Source: Candidatus Obscuribacteraceae bacterium
Lineage (GTDB): Bacteria; Cyanobacteriota; Vampirovibrionia; Obscuribacterales; Obscuribacteraceae
Reading direction: 5' to 3'
Length of the DNA stretch: 64,000 bases
Assembly (NCBI GenBank): GCA_044229845.1
Contig: JBGASG010000007.1
Coordinates: 1-64,000 of the forward strand
Program-made: the position numbers and the translations under genes
Notes under the pieces: generated by a model
Databases searched by the model: none
What the model was told of the DNA's origin: nothing
What the model saw: only the letters and a program-made list of their open reading frames with translations
Part shown: positions 26,503 through 36,380 of the stretch, piece by piece
Layout of the letters: each line of letters starts with the position of its first letter
How positions within the stretch are numbered: the stretch's first letter is position 1

Positions 26503-26526
26503 TGCCACCCAAATATTTAGGTGGCA
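26503..26526. promoter_or_regulatory. 24-bp near-perfect palindrome in a divergent intergenic region
   Basis: tgccacccaaatatttaggtggca, one mismatched pair. Confidence 0.4.
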
Positions 26527-26624
26527 AAAGTCACTTTTCTGGGAACATTGAAGAGTGAGTTGAGTTCATTACTAGTACACCCAAACCCCGGGTTTTTTAC
26601 GCCTCCATTTGAGGAGCCAGCCTA

Positions 26625-27896
26625 ATGCGCTACGTAACCCCTCTGTTCAAGCGTCGCCACTTTGCGCTGGCTGCGATGGTGTCACTCCTATGCAACACTT
26701 CTGTCCCGGCTGCGGTACATGCCGCATCCGACACCGAAGTCGCTGAAAACACCGGCGTGACGGAGTTTGTCTTGCCGGCCAACGGTCCTCTCCAGGCGGG
26801 CGCTCCCGTTGTCGTTGTCGGGTCGGGCATCGGCATGCAGCAAGCGCAAACCGGCCTGACAGTCGGTGCACCACAGACTACGGTCGTCATCGCACCGATC
26901 TCCGGCACGCTCACGCAATTGTCTGCTCCTGACGGGCAGCCGGTTCTGGCGGTACAACAGCCTCTAACGGGACAGGTCACGCAATCGACGGGCGCCGGCG
27001 AGTACCAGATCATCGTCATCGACAATGACGAACTGGCTCAGGCCGAGGTCACTAAAGAGTGGAAGTGGGAAGAAATTCCCGACGAAGCAGGAAAGACAGA
27101 AATTGCTGTCGGCGCTCAGTTTCCGGTCATATTGCTCTCCTCTCACAACAGCAAGACAGCGAAGGTCGGACATCCGGTCGAAGGCCGTCTCAACATCGAT
27201 ATTAAGATCGGCGGCAAACTGGTGGCAAACAAGGGCTGCCGAGTAATTGGGCATGTGTTTCGGGTGCGACCGGCAAGGCGTCTTTTGCATGCCGAACTTT
27301 CGCCGTCATCATGGATGAAAGCCAATGGCGCCATCGGTATTCAATTCGATGAAATCATCTCGCAAAGCGGCGAACACCTGCCGCTTGTGGCCAAGCCGGC
27401 GCGCCAGCCGCGCATCGTGGTCAACAAATACGAAGGGCGCGTGATGGGCGTCAACTTGCAGGGCGAGGTCGCTCCGCCACTGTCTACCCAGTTGAAAGGA
27501 CAGGCGGCTCACCTGGCTATCCGTGCCGGTTGCGCAGCGGCAGGAGTCTTCAGCATGGGTGCTGTGCCTCTGGCTTATGGTGTGGTCGGCGCCATCAACC
27601 CGTCGTTCGCGTTCTTAAAGCCGGTCGGACTGAACGTGCGCCACCGCCGTCTCAAAGGTTTTGCCATGGGCGTGTGTCAGGGCTTGCCCGGCGGATTTCT
27701 GGTCAGCGACATGATCATCAGAGGACCAGAGGCGATTGTTCGACCCGGCGACATCTTCCTCGTTGAGTTCAAACAGAGCTTCACAGGCGAACCGGCCACC
27801 GCGGCAGAACTCTTGCCTGGTGCCAGCACCAAGGTGCAAGGCGAAGTACTGTCCGGCGTCCCGAATAAGAAGGGCGCCAAGAAGAAGGGCAAGTAA
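26625..27896 (+). CDS. Secreted hypothetical protein with a TrbI/VirB10-like beta domain
   Basis: Signal peptide; GAGGAG RBS; NSKTAKVGHPVEGRL..DIKIGGKLV..KG.RVIGHV...IQFDEI...RGPEAIVRPG pattern. Confidence 0.6.
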   Translation: MRYVTPLFKRRHFALAAMVSLLCNTSVPAAVHAASDTEVAENTGVTEFVLPANGPLQAGAPVVVVGSGIGMQQAQTGLTVGAPQTTVVIAPISGTLTQLSAPDGQPVLAVQQPLTGQVTQSTGAGEYQIIVIDNDELAQAEVTKEWKWEEIPDEAGKTEIAVGAQFPVILLSSHNSKTAKVGHPVEGRLNIDIKIGGKLVANKGCRVIGHVFRVRPARRLLHAELSPSSWMKANGAIGIQFDEIISQSGEHLPLVAKPARQPRIVVNKYEGRVMGVNLQGEVAPPLSTQLKGQAAHLAIRAGCAAAGVFSMGAVPLAYGVVGAINPSFAFLKPVGLNVRHRRLKGFAMGVCQGLPGGFLVSDMIIRGPEAIVRPGDIFLVEFKQSFTGEPATAAELLPGASTKVQGEVLSGVPNKKGAKKKGK

Positions 27897-27898
27897 GC

Positions 27899-28840
27899 TT
27901 ACTTTGTCCCGACGGCACCGAGCATCTTGTCTATTGCCGATAGCTGCGGCAGTGATGGCTCCGCACCACATATGGTGGTAGCCAGTGCGCCGGCGGCGCA
28001 GGCGAACTTGATTGCCTCTTCCATTGCCGTCCCGCGGGAGATGGCTGCCGCCAGGGCTCCGCAGAAGGCATCTCCCGCCGCGGTAGTGTCCTTCGGCGTG
28101 ATTTTGAAAGCGGGCACTTGCATCGACTTTCCATCGGCGCTCAGGTAGAAAGCACCCTGTTCGGCGAGCGTGATCAAGACCTCTTTCGCACCCATGTCCT
28201 GAAGACGGGCAGCCGCCTTGGGGGCTTGCGCTGCGTCGGAAACGTCAATCAATGAAATCAACTCAGCTTCGCTCTGGTTTGGCACCAAGAGATCGGCATA
28301 CGGCAGCAGTTCGTTGAACAGCGAGAGGTCAGGAGGAGCCGGAGCGGGATTGACGATCACTTTGATACCCGCCTTCTTGCCCAATTTAGCGGCGGCAATG
28401 GTTGTGGCGAGCGGCACTTCCAGTTGCAAGAGCATCACGTCGGCGGCGGCGATTACATCCCACGCGGCTTCCACATCCGCCGGTGACAGGCGCCCGTTTG
28501 CCTGGGTGGCGATGACGATGCTGTTGTCGCCTTCCTCATCGACATAGATATTGGCGATGCCGGTGCCGGTGGTCTTGTCGCGGAATAGAAACTTTGTGTC
28601 GACTTTGTCGTTGTGCAGGCAAGCGAGAACCGCATCGCCGTTGGCGTCTTCCCCGATACGCCCGACCATGGATACGTGAGCGCCGGCACGCGCGGCTGCC
28701 ATTGCCTGGTTGTTGCCTTTGCCGCCGACGTACATCTGGAAGTCGGTGGCAATCAGGGTTTCGCCTTTGCCGGGGCGGCGCGGCACGGAATAGACCAGGT
28801 CTCTGCTCATGCTGCCCACTACAACTACTTTGCCGTTCAT
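27899..28840 (-). CDS. rbsK: Ribokinase
   Basis: VVGS..D, GGKGNNQA, LQLE, NPAP, PNQSE, DTTAAGDAF. Confidence 0.9.
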   Translation of the reverse strand: MNGKVVVVGSMSRDLVYSVPRRPGKGETLIATDFQMYVGGKGNNQAMAAARAGAHVSMVGRIGEDANGDAVLACLHNDKVDTKFLFRDKTTGTGIANIYVDEEGDNSIVIATQANGRLSPADVEAAWDVIAAADVMLLQLEVPLATTIAAAKLGKKAGIKVIVNPAPAPPDLSLFNELLPYADLLVPNQSEAELISLIDVSDAAQAPKAAARLQDMGAKEVLITLAEQGAFYLSADGKSMQVPAFKITPKDTTAAGDAFCGALAAAISRGTAMEEAIKFACAAGALATTICGAEPSLPQLSAIDKMLGAVGTK

Positions 28841-28886
28841 GACTTCAGTTTGCTCCGTTTGACGTTTCTAACAAAAAGATCTTGCT

Positions 28887-30011
28887 TCAGTTCTCCTCTC
28901 CATTGAGAAACTTCAGCAGCAGACTGTGAAAGTGATGGACGCCCTTCTCCCATTGCGGAGAGTAGCGACCGCGCGTGTAGAAGTGCGAACGCACCCCCTT
29001 CTGAACTTGCTCGACAACGCTTTCGTCCTCGCGTTCGACCCGGTCGAGAGCTGTGTTGGCACCGCGGTCGAAGCGCTCTTGATCGTAGATGTATGTAAGG
29101 AAAGAAACTTTGGTGCGGTTGACTGCCAGCGGTAGCACGACATTGATCGAGAGTCCCCACGGGTAGAAATTGAACATCAGGTTGGGGAACAGCCAGTAAT
29201 AGTAGGCGGCGATCGGCTTGCCGAAATCAGGTGATGATTCGGGCAGTGGAAACACATCGTCGGGCGAAGACGCGTATCCCAACTGCAAGTTGGAATACTT
29301 GTAGATTTCGCTGTAGTAGTTTTTCACATCGAGCATTTGAGCCAACTCGGGATGGACATATGGAATGTGGAAGCCTTCCAGGTAGTTGTCGCAGTACAGC
29401 GCCCAGTTGGCGTGCACGATGTAGTCGCGCGAATTCTCGGGTGAGAAGCGATACTCGGAGAGGGGCAACCAGGCAAGGCGTGTGCGCATGTCGCCGATGA
29501 ATTCTTCAAATGGCATAGCCGGGTCGATGCCGGCGAACAGCAATTTGTCCCAGCTCTGAAAGGGCACCGCCGAGAGATTGTCGTCGGCAGACGGGAAGTC
29601 TTTGGCTTGTTCGAAGCCGGGTGTGGAGAGAAACTTGCCGTCGAGCCCGAAGCGCCGGCCATGATAGCGGCAGCGCAACTGCTGAGCGTGACATTCGCCT
29701 TCGACGAGAATGGTGCCGCGGTGCGTGCAGACGTTAGACAGACAGTGCACCTGATCGCTCGAGTCGCGCGTCAGCAAGAGAGGCTCGCTGATAAATCCAT
29801 CGAGCAAAGACACAGGCGATGCCTGCCCCGGTATTTTGACGCGGTCGGTGTCGCCGATGAATTGCCAGGAACGCTTGAAGATCAAATCGCGGGCTACCTG
29901 AAAATGGGACTCTTCGCGGTAGTACTCAGTCGGCAGTGTGCGCGCGACTTCTATGTTGCCGTCGATTGAGTTGCGTCTTTCCTGCACTGACGGTGTTCTT
30001 GGTGCCGCCAT
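28887..30011 (-). CDS. Rieske non-heme iron oxygenase alpha subunit (choline-monooxygenase-like subfamily)
   Basis: CTHRG...CRYHG Rieske motif; NW..YCDNYLEGFHIPYVHP; ED...E.VQKG; GGAGG RBS before the ATG at 30011. Confidence 0.9.
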   Translation of the reverse strand: MAAPRTPSVQERRNSIDGNIEVARTLPTEYYREESHFQVARDLIFKRSWQFIGDTDRVKIPGQASPVSLLDGFISEPLLLTRDSSDQVHCLSNVCTHRGTILVEGECHAQQLRCRYHGRRFGLDGKFLSTPGFEQAKDFPSADDNLSAVPFQSWDKLLFAGIDPAMPFEEFIGDMRTRLAWLPLSEYRFSPENSRDYIVHANWALYCDNYLEGFHIPYVHPELAQMLDVKNYYSEIYKYSNLQLGYASSPDDVFPLPESSPDFGKPIAAYYYWLFPNLMFNFYPWGLSINVVLPLAVNRTKVSFLTYIYDQERFDRGANTALDRVEREDESVVEQVQKGVRSHFYTRGRYSPQWEKGVHHFHSLLLKFLNGEEN

Positions 30012-30012
30012 T

Positions 30013-32241
30013 TCAAACCTCCGCTTGTGTTGGCTCGCTCTGCTGCGACTTGTGACCTTGCCTCTGACTAATTCGCTCAAGCCAGACGGGAGCGCTTTTG
30101 AATGCGGGCGTCCTGGAGCGCGGGTCGATGTTTCCTTTGATCAAAACATTGGCTTCCGGGTAGTACATAGCGACCACCCCTGGGCGAATGCCGCCGATTA
30201 CCACTTCGATGTCCGGCAGCGAACCGGCTTCTCCGCGCACTGTAATGCGGTCGCCGTCGCTCATCTTGAGCCGCGCCGCATCTTCGCTGGAGACCAATAT
30301 GCAAAATCGGTGCGGCACGCCTCGATAGAAATCATGCTCTTCGTAGACAATCGTGTTGAACTGACCTTCCGACCTCAACGTGATCAGAAGCAGTGCGTCG
30401 TCGGGGACTTCCAGCTTCGGCAAAGGGGTGCGCTCAAGCCGTGCCCTGCCGTCGGCAGTAGCGAAGACGCCTTTGTGCATGACACGGCCGGGGATGGCAA
30501 ATTCTTTTTTTGTGTTGCCGATGGTGCTGATTGCTTCCAGTCCGGGGATGGTTTTTGCAATCAGCTGCCGCACCTTTTCGTGGTCGGAGAGGTCACGCCA
30601 GTTGAACGGCGTGTCGCCGAGCACGCGGTGCGCCAGTTCGACCATGACCTGCGACTCGGCGAACATCGTTCCTTTGACGTTGGCTTCACCGCCATCCGAG
30701 AGGCGCACGAAGTTGAACATCGACTCCTGCGTAGTGGCTTGCGGTTCTTCATCGCGTGCCAGCACCGGCAAGATGATCGTCGTCTTGCCCTTGCCGTGGA
30801 AATGACCGGGATTGAGTTTTGTGGACAGATAGACGATACAGTCGACCTGCGCGAGGGCTGCCTCTGCCCATTGCGAGTCAGGGTTGGAGCCCCAGAGGTT
30901 GCCGCCCAGGCAAATAAGAGTATCGACCTTGCCTGCCTGCGCCGCTTCAATTAAGTGAAACGTGTCATAGCCTGGTTCAGTGTCGATGCGGCTGCCGTAG
31001 ATCTTCTCCAGGGCGAGGCGCACTCCGTCTTGCAACGCCGGTGTGACGCCGACGGTGCCCACACCCTGTACGTTGGAGTGTCCGCGAATCGGCAGAAGTC
31101 CCGCGCCGGGGCGACCGACATTGCCGGTGGCCAGCGCTATGTTGGTGACGGCCAGTACGTTTTCCACACCGCTGGTGTGGTGAGTGAGTCCCATCGCCCA
31201 GGCGAAAATCGCTGCTTTCGATCCGGCGATCATCTCCGCCATCAGTTGTATTTGATCGCGAGTGACACCGCTGCCGGTGACTATCTCTTCCCACGTCACC
31301 GCCTCGGCATCGGAAAGGACTTCGTCGAAACCCAGACAGTGAGCCTGAAGGAAGTCCTTGTCTACGGCTTCCAGTTCGACCAGCCGTTTCAAAACGCCGA
31401 CAAGCAAAGCAACATCGCCGCCGGCTAGAGGTTGAATGTACAACGATGAAATTGGTGTGCCCAGCAACAACGACTTCACTCGCGAGGGCACATGAAAACG
31501 TTCCAGTCCCGGCTCGCGCAGCGGGTTTACGACAATCACCTGGCCGCCGCGTTCACGCAGCTCACAAAGTTTTGTCATCAAGCGCGGGTGGTTCGATGCC
31601 GGGTTGGCGCCCAGCAATACCACCAGGTCGCAGCGGTCTAGATCGTCGAGTTCGACTGTGGCGGTGCCCGATCCGACCGCCATCTTCAACGCCACTCCTG
31701 ATGCCTGGTGGCAATAGAATGAGCAGTTCATGACGTTGTTGGTGCCATAGACACGGGCGAACGATTGCAACAGGAAAGCCGCCTCATTAGATGAGCGCCC
31801 GGAGGCATAGAATGCGGCGCGGCGCGGTTCAGTCTGCTTGAGTGCGGCGGCTATGTAGTCGAGCGCCGAATTCCATTCAATCGGTTTAAAGTGGGTCGCG
31901 CCCTGGGACAGCACCACCGGGTAGGACAGCCTGCCTGCGTCCTCGGCTTGTTTGGGCGTCAGGCGGAGCAGGTGCTCGAGGCTGTTTCTCTCAAAATAAT
32001 CTGCCGGTAATGCGCCGACCATATCGGCTACCTGGGCTTGCAGGCTCTTCTTGCAAACCTCGGGGAAGTGGCGTTCTTCGTTGACCATGCCGCCTAACTG
32101 CCCGCCCATGCCCACCGCGCAGGTTTTACAGGCATTGCGGGAGCGCATCTTTCGCCACAAGCGCAGGGGACCCACCTCCAGCGCTTTGCTGAAGGTATAG
32201 AAAATTGCTGGAAACCCGCCGCCAAATCTGGTTTTGCGCAT
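30013..32241 (-). CDS. FdhF/YdeP-family molybdopterin oxidoreductase
   Basis: CKTC, FYASGRSSNEAAF, NCSFYCHQASG, NPASNHPR, WAMGLTHH, PIRGHSNVQG, TLRSEGQFNT, YYPEAN, TPAFKS. Confidence 0.92.
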   Translation of the reverse strand: MRKTRFGGGFPAIFYTFSKALEVGPLRLWRKMRSRNACKTCAVGMGGQLGGMVNEERHFPEVCKKSLQAQVADMVGALPADYFERNSLEHLLRLTPKQAEDAGRLSYPVVLSQGATHFKPIEWNSALDYIAAALKQTEPRRAAFYASGRSSNEAAFLLQSFARVYGTNNVMNCSFYCHQASGVALKMAVGSGTATVELDDLDRCDLVVLLGANPASNHPRLMTKLCELRERGGQVIVVNPLREPGLERFHVPSRVKSLLLGTPISSLYIQPLAGGDVALLVGVLKRLVELEAVDKDFLQAHCLGFDEVLSDAEAVTWEEIVTGSGVTRDQIQLMAEMIAGSKAAIFAWAMGLTHHTSGVENVLAVTNIALATGNVGRPGAGLLPIRGHSNVQGVGTVGVTPALQDGVRLALEKIYGSRIDTEPGYDTFHLIEAAQAGKVDTLICLGGNLWGSNPDSQWAEAALAQVDCIVYLSTKLNPGHFHGKGKTTIILPVLARDEEPQATTQESMFNFVRLSDGGEANVKGTMFAESQVMVELAHRVLGDTPFNWRDLSDHEKVRQLIAKTIPGLEAISTIGNTKKEFAIPGRVMHKGVFATADGRARLERTPLPKLEVPDDALLLITLRSEGQFNTIVYEEHDFYRGVPHRFCILVSSEDAARLKMSDGDRITVRGEAGSLPDIEVVIGGIRPGVVAMYYPEANVLIKGNIDPRSRTPAFKSAPVWLERISQRQGHKSQQSEPTQAEV

Positions 32242-32376
32242 CTACTCGAGAATCGATATCGGTTGCCGTGGTTTTGAAGTACTAAAGGATAGCGGGTTTA
32301 TATCACCAATTCCACATCGCCGGGACTGGCACTATAATGGCCGCTTGATAGCGACTAAACCGGAATTGCAGGAAAT

Positions 32377-33123
32377 ATGGCTAAACAACACATCCTCAGT
32401 TTCATAGCTGGAGCAAGCGTTCTTCTCTTTACCGCCGGATGCGGCGAGATGGAAAACGGCCAGCAGGCATTCGACCGTGGTACCCAGCTACTTAATGAAG
32501 GACAGTACGACGACGCCATTCAGGCGTTCGACAAGGCCATTTCATTAGACCCGGGTCATTCCAAGGCTTACGCGTCGCGCGGCAGTGCGCTAAGTGATCA
32601 GGGCAACTATGAGAAGGCGCTTGCCGATCTGACGAAAGCGATTGACCTGGCTAAGGAAGCCAATGATCAGGCGGTCCTCTCTGAGTATTACTTCAACCGC
32701 GCGCTGGCCTATTCGCGCATGCAGAAGTACAAAGAGGGCATTGCCGACTTCGACATGGCAGTGCAGATGAGCCCCAACGACCCTGACTATTACAACGGGC
32801 GGTCGCGCGCGTATTACTTCGCTGGTGATACCAATGCCAGTATCAAAGATGCGGGTGAAGCATTAGAACTCAATCAAGAGAAGGACGAACGTCGCGCACG
32901 CAGCCTCTTCACCCGCGGGTCGGCATACTTGAAGGCGGGCAAGGTCAAAGAAGCGGTTACTGACTTGAGTGAGGCAGCTAATCTCGATAAGAAAAATGCC
33001 ACCATAATGCATGAGTTAGCCGAAGCTCAAAACAAGGCAGGCAACTCCGGCGAAGCGCAAGCCGATGAGAAGAAAGCGAAGACCCTTGGCTACAAGGGGC
33101 AGGACGCTTACTCGTTCCGCTAA
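32377..33123 (+). CDS. TPR-repeat lipoprotein
   Basis: Lipobox-like FTAGC after a hydrophobic leader; about five TPR motifs. Confidence 0.85.
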   Translation: MAKQHILSFIAGASVLLFTAGCGEMENGQQAFDRGTQLLNEGQYDDAIQAFDKAISLDPGHSKAYASRGSALSDQGNYEKALADLTKAIDLAKEANDQAVLSEYYFNRALAYSRMQKYKEGIADFDMAVQMSPNDPDYYNGRSRAYYFAGDTNASIKDAGEALELNQEKDERRARSLFTRGSAYLKAGKVKEAVTDLSEAANLDKKNATIMHELAEAQNKAGNSGEAQADEKKAKTLGYKGQDAYSFR

Positions 33124-33142
33124 AACGAGAGGGTGGCTATGG

Positions 33143-33991
33143 CTATTTGACCGCCGACTTTTCGGCGCGTGACTGGTCGCGCACGCGCTGACGAGTATCG
33201 GCTCGCACCTGGTCGCGCACGGAGAGTAGCTGGGCAACGATACTGACGGCGATTTCTTGCGGGTGGTTGGTGCCCAGGTCGAGTCCCATCGGGCAATAGA
33301 ATTTCGATGCGTATTCCGCCGCCAGTCCGGCTTCGGCGATGTCTTGTTTGAGGCGAGCGGCTTTGGCATCGCTGCCGATCACACCCAGATAGGGGAAGTT
33401 GCGCTCGGTGCGTAGTATCTCCAGCAAAATCGGCTTGTCGGTTGTGTGCCCCATGGTCATGAGCAAGACGAAGGCATCATCGGGAACAGCCGCCACCTGA
33501 GCCGGCATGTCCTCGGCGTGCACGGACCTGATCTTTGGGGAGTCGGGCAGCTTCTCCAGCCACTCGGGGCGGGGGTCGATGCAGGTGATACGGCACTCCA
33601 GGTTGCTGAGCAGCGAGGCAACGCACAGGGCTACGTGTCCGGAGCCGAAGATGACGATTTTCCAGCTGTTGACGTTATAAGTTTCGAAGTAGAGTTTGAC
33701 TGCCCCGCCGCAGGTCATGCCGATGTCGCGAGACAGGCTCCAGTTGACGAAGTGCGTGGTTTGTCCGCTGTCCAGTCGACTCAAAAGCGCCTGCGCTTCC
33801 TCGATCGCTCGTTTCTCGACCTTGCCACCGCCAACGGTGCCAAAGTGAAGTCCCTCGGCGGTTACCAGCATCTTATTGCCGGCATCTTGAGGAACACTGC
33901 CTGTGGTGTCGACCACGATGACGGACACGAAGGGTTGGTCGGCCTCCAGGAGCTCGTTGAGTTTTTCGTAGTACGAGGTGGACGTAGTCAT
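33143..33991 (-). CDS. xdhC: Xanthine dehydrogenase accessory protein
   Basis: GSVP, GTVGGG, MTCGG, IFGSGHV, MTMGH, YLGVIGS, CPMGL, PQEIAVSI; starts directly after the xdhB stop. Confidence 0.93.
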   Translation of the reverse strand: MTTSTSYYEKLNELLEADQPFVSVIVVDTTGSVPQDAGNKMLVTAEGLHFGTVGGGKVEKRAIEEAQALLSRLDSGQTTHFVNWSLSRDIGMTCGGAVKLYFETYNVNSWKIVIFGSGHVALCVASLLSNLECRITCIDPRPEWLEKLPDSPKIRSVHAEDMPAQVAAVPDDAFVLLMTMGHTTDKPILLEILRTERNFPYLGVIGSDAKAARLKQDIAEAGLAAEYASKFYCPMGLDLGTNHPQEIAVSIVAQLLSVRDQVRADTRQRVRDQSRAEKSAVK

Positions 33992-33992
33992 G

Positions 33993-36380
33993 TCACTTCT
34001 TATCTTTGTGAGCCAGTGCTGGTTTCTTTCCGGGGCCATGGGAGACAGAACTTTCGCCGTCAGCCAGTGCCAGGGCCATCACTATTTGTTGATTGGTGGC
34101 AGGCAGGCGCAAGCTCTGAGCAGCTTCTTTAGAAACGCAAGAGAGCGCGTGTTTGACCGCGTTCCAGACCGCCAGACCCAGGCACAGCGGCGGTTCGCCG
34201 ACAGCCTTGCTGCCTTTGACCTGCACGTTGGCCGGATTTTCGAAGTCGATCCAGTTGACGTTGAAGACCGCCGGTGTGTCCTGGATATTGGGAATTTTGT
34301 AGGTGGTCGGCGAGTGAGAGAGCAACCAGCCGTCTTCCTTGTAGACAAGTTCTTCAGTCGTCACCCAGCCCATGCCCTGAATGAAGGCGCCGGTCAACTG
34401 CCCGCGCGCGATGCCGGGATTGATCGGGCGTCCGATGTCCATGAGAATATCCACGCGTTCCACTTTTAGATCGCCGGTAAAACGATCGATCAGGACTTCC
34501 GCCACAGCACCGCCCGTGGTGAAGTACAAGAATGGATGTCCGGATGCCAGTTTTTCCGGTCCCGATTCCCACGACCAGTCGATGCCCTGCGTGGCATAAA
34601 AACCGCGCTCGCCCATGCTGACCCGGTTGCGGTAGGCGGCGGTGACCAGCTCTTTCCAGGTGATCTTGTGTTCGGGGCGTCGTTCGTCATAGACGAAACC
34701 AGCTTCGAAGACAACGCTAGCCGGCGCACGCTCGAGATCCAATTCTTTGGCGGACAGATATTCGGCGGCGAATTCTTTGAGACGCGCTTTGATGATGTGG
34801 CACGCGTTGACCGCCGCGCTGCCGTTGAGATCCGTGGCGCTGGATGCGGCTGTGGCAGACGTGTTGTTGTTCTTTTCGGTCGACGTCGCCATCACCAGTA
34901 CTTTGTCCAGTGCCAGGTCGAATTCACCGGCGACCAGTTGCCGAATGTTCGTGTTGACGCCCTGACCCATTTCGGTGGCACCGGTGGAAACTTGAATAGT
35001 GCCGTCGAGATAGATGTTGACCAGCGCACTCGCCTGGTTGAGAAACTTGGTGTTAAACGAAATGCCGAACTTGACGCCTGTGAAAGCGATGCCCTTCAGA
35101 TGCGTCTTCGACTGCTTGTTGAATTCCTCGACGGCCTTGAGGCGTTTCTTGTAGTCTGAAGAAACCACCAGTTCGTCGTAAATCACCGGCAGTGTGTTGT
35201 GGAAAATCAATTGATTGTACGGCGTGACGTTGCGGTCGCTGGTTCCGTACACATTGGCGCGCCGGACGTCGTAAGCATCTTTGCCGAGGTACATCGATAT
35301 CTCTTGCAGGATGTTCTCCATCGTCGCGATGCCCTGCGGTCCGCCAAAGCCCCGAAAAGCTGTGTTCGGCGGATAATTGGTTTTGCATACAGTGCCCCGC
35401 ACCTCGACATGCGGAATGTAGTACGCGTTGTCGATGTGCGTCATCGCGCGTGCCATGACCGCCGTCGAAAGATCGGCAAAGGCGCCGCCGTCCGAGTACA
35501 GATGAGCGTCCAACGCAGTAATGACGCCATCGTCGGTAAAGCCGACCTTCCACTGGTTCTGGAACGGGTGCCGCTTGCCGGTGACTTGCATGTCGTCATC
35601 TTTGCCGTAAATAATGCGAGCCGGCCGCTTCGTCTTAAGTGCCACCAGTGCCGCCATCACCGCGGGATGCGTGGCTTGACTTTCCTTGCCGCCAAATCCG
35701 CCGCCCATGCGCTTGGTGATTACGATCACCTGATTCATGTGCAAGCCGAGAACGTGCGCGATCACTTCCTGCACTTCAGTCGGGTGCTGCGTCGACGAGT
35801 GCACCACAACCTGATTGGCTTCGCCAGGATAGGCAATCGCCGCCTGCGACTCCAGATAGAAGTGGTCCTGCCCGTTGTTGTACCAGGTACCTTCGAGAAT
35901 ATGTTTAGCTTGCTTGAAACCAACTTCCAGCTCGCCGCGTTTGATCAGGCGCGGCATGCCGAGAAACTGTTTCTTCGCAATCGCATCATCAATTGCGAAC
36001 ACTGGAGTCAGCTTTTCGATATCGCACTTAATCGCTTGCTTCGCCAGGCGCGCGGCCACCCGCGTCTCGGCGGCAATGACCACAATCGGGTGCCCGATGA
36101 ATTCGCACAGCTCCTCGACCAGTAATGCCTCGTCGGCAATGATCGGTCCGAAGTTGTTGTGACCACCCAGATCCTTCGCGGTGTACAAGCCAACTACACC
36201 TTCGACCTTCTTTGCTTCGGAAAGGTCGAGCGAGCGAATGCGCCCATGTGCCACCGGGCTCCAGAAGAAGTCGACGACCAGCTCGCCCTTTTGCGGCGGA
36301 ATGTCATCGATATAAATAGATTGCCCCGAAACATGCCCAGGCGCACAGTCATGCGGAACGTCTTTTCCGACTATCGACAT
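33993..36380 (-). CDS. xdhB: Xanthine dehydrogenase molybdopterin-binding subunit
   Basis: GQDHFYLE, SSTQHP, RMGGGFGGKESQ, AFRGFGGPQG, VKFGISF, EMGQG, TAAS, SKAVGEPP. Confidence 0.96.
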   Translation of the reverse strand: MSIVGKDVPHDCAPGHVSGQSIYIDDIPPQKGELVVDFFWSPVAHGRIRSLDLSEAKKVEGVVGLYTAKDLGGHNNFGPIIADEALLVEELCEFIGHPIVVIAAETRVAARLAKQAIKCDIEKLTPVFAIDDAIAKKQFLGMPRLIKRGELEVGFKQAKHILEGTWYNNGQDHFYLESQAAIAYPGEANQVVVHSSTQHPTEVQEVIAHVLGLHMNQVIVITKRMGGGFGGKESQATHPAVMAALVALKTKRPARIIYGKDDDMQVTGKRHPFQNQWKVGFTDDGVITALDAHLYSDGGAFADLSTAVMARAMTHIDNAYYIPHVEVRGTVCKTNYPPNTAFRGFGGPQGIATMENILQEISMYLGKDAYDVRRANVYGTSDRNVTPYNQLIFHNTLPVIYDELVVSSDYKKRLKAVEEFNKQSKTHLKGIAFTGVKFGISFNTKFLNQASALVNIYLDGTIQVSTGATEMGQGVNTNIRQLVAGEFDLALDKVLVMATSTEKNNNTSATAASSATDLNGSAAVNACHIIKARLKEFAAEYLSAKELDLERAPASVVFEAGFVYDERRPEHKITWKELVTAAYRNRVSMGERGFYATQGIDWSWESGPEKLASGHPFLYFTTGGAVAEVLIDRFTGDLKVERVDILMDIGRPINPGIARGQLTGAFIQGMGWVTTEELVYKEDGWLLSHSPTTYKIPNIQDTPAVFNVNWIDFENPANVQVKGSKAVGEPPLCLGLAVWNAVKHALSCVSKEAAQSLRLPATNQQIVMALALADGESSVSHGPGKKPALAHKDKK

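Noticed and set aside
27964..27977. Third CACCA-N4-TGGTG copy
   Set aside because: Inside the 3' coding end of rbsK, not near a promoter; treated as a probable chance match.
30013..32241. Selenocysteine-containing formate dehydrogenase
   Set aside because: ORF is uninterrupted and the Mo-ligand motif has Cys (CSFYCH).
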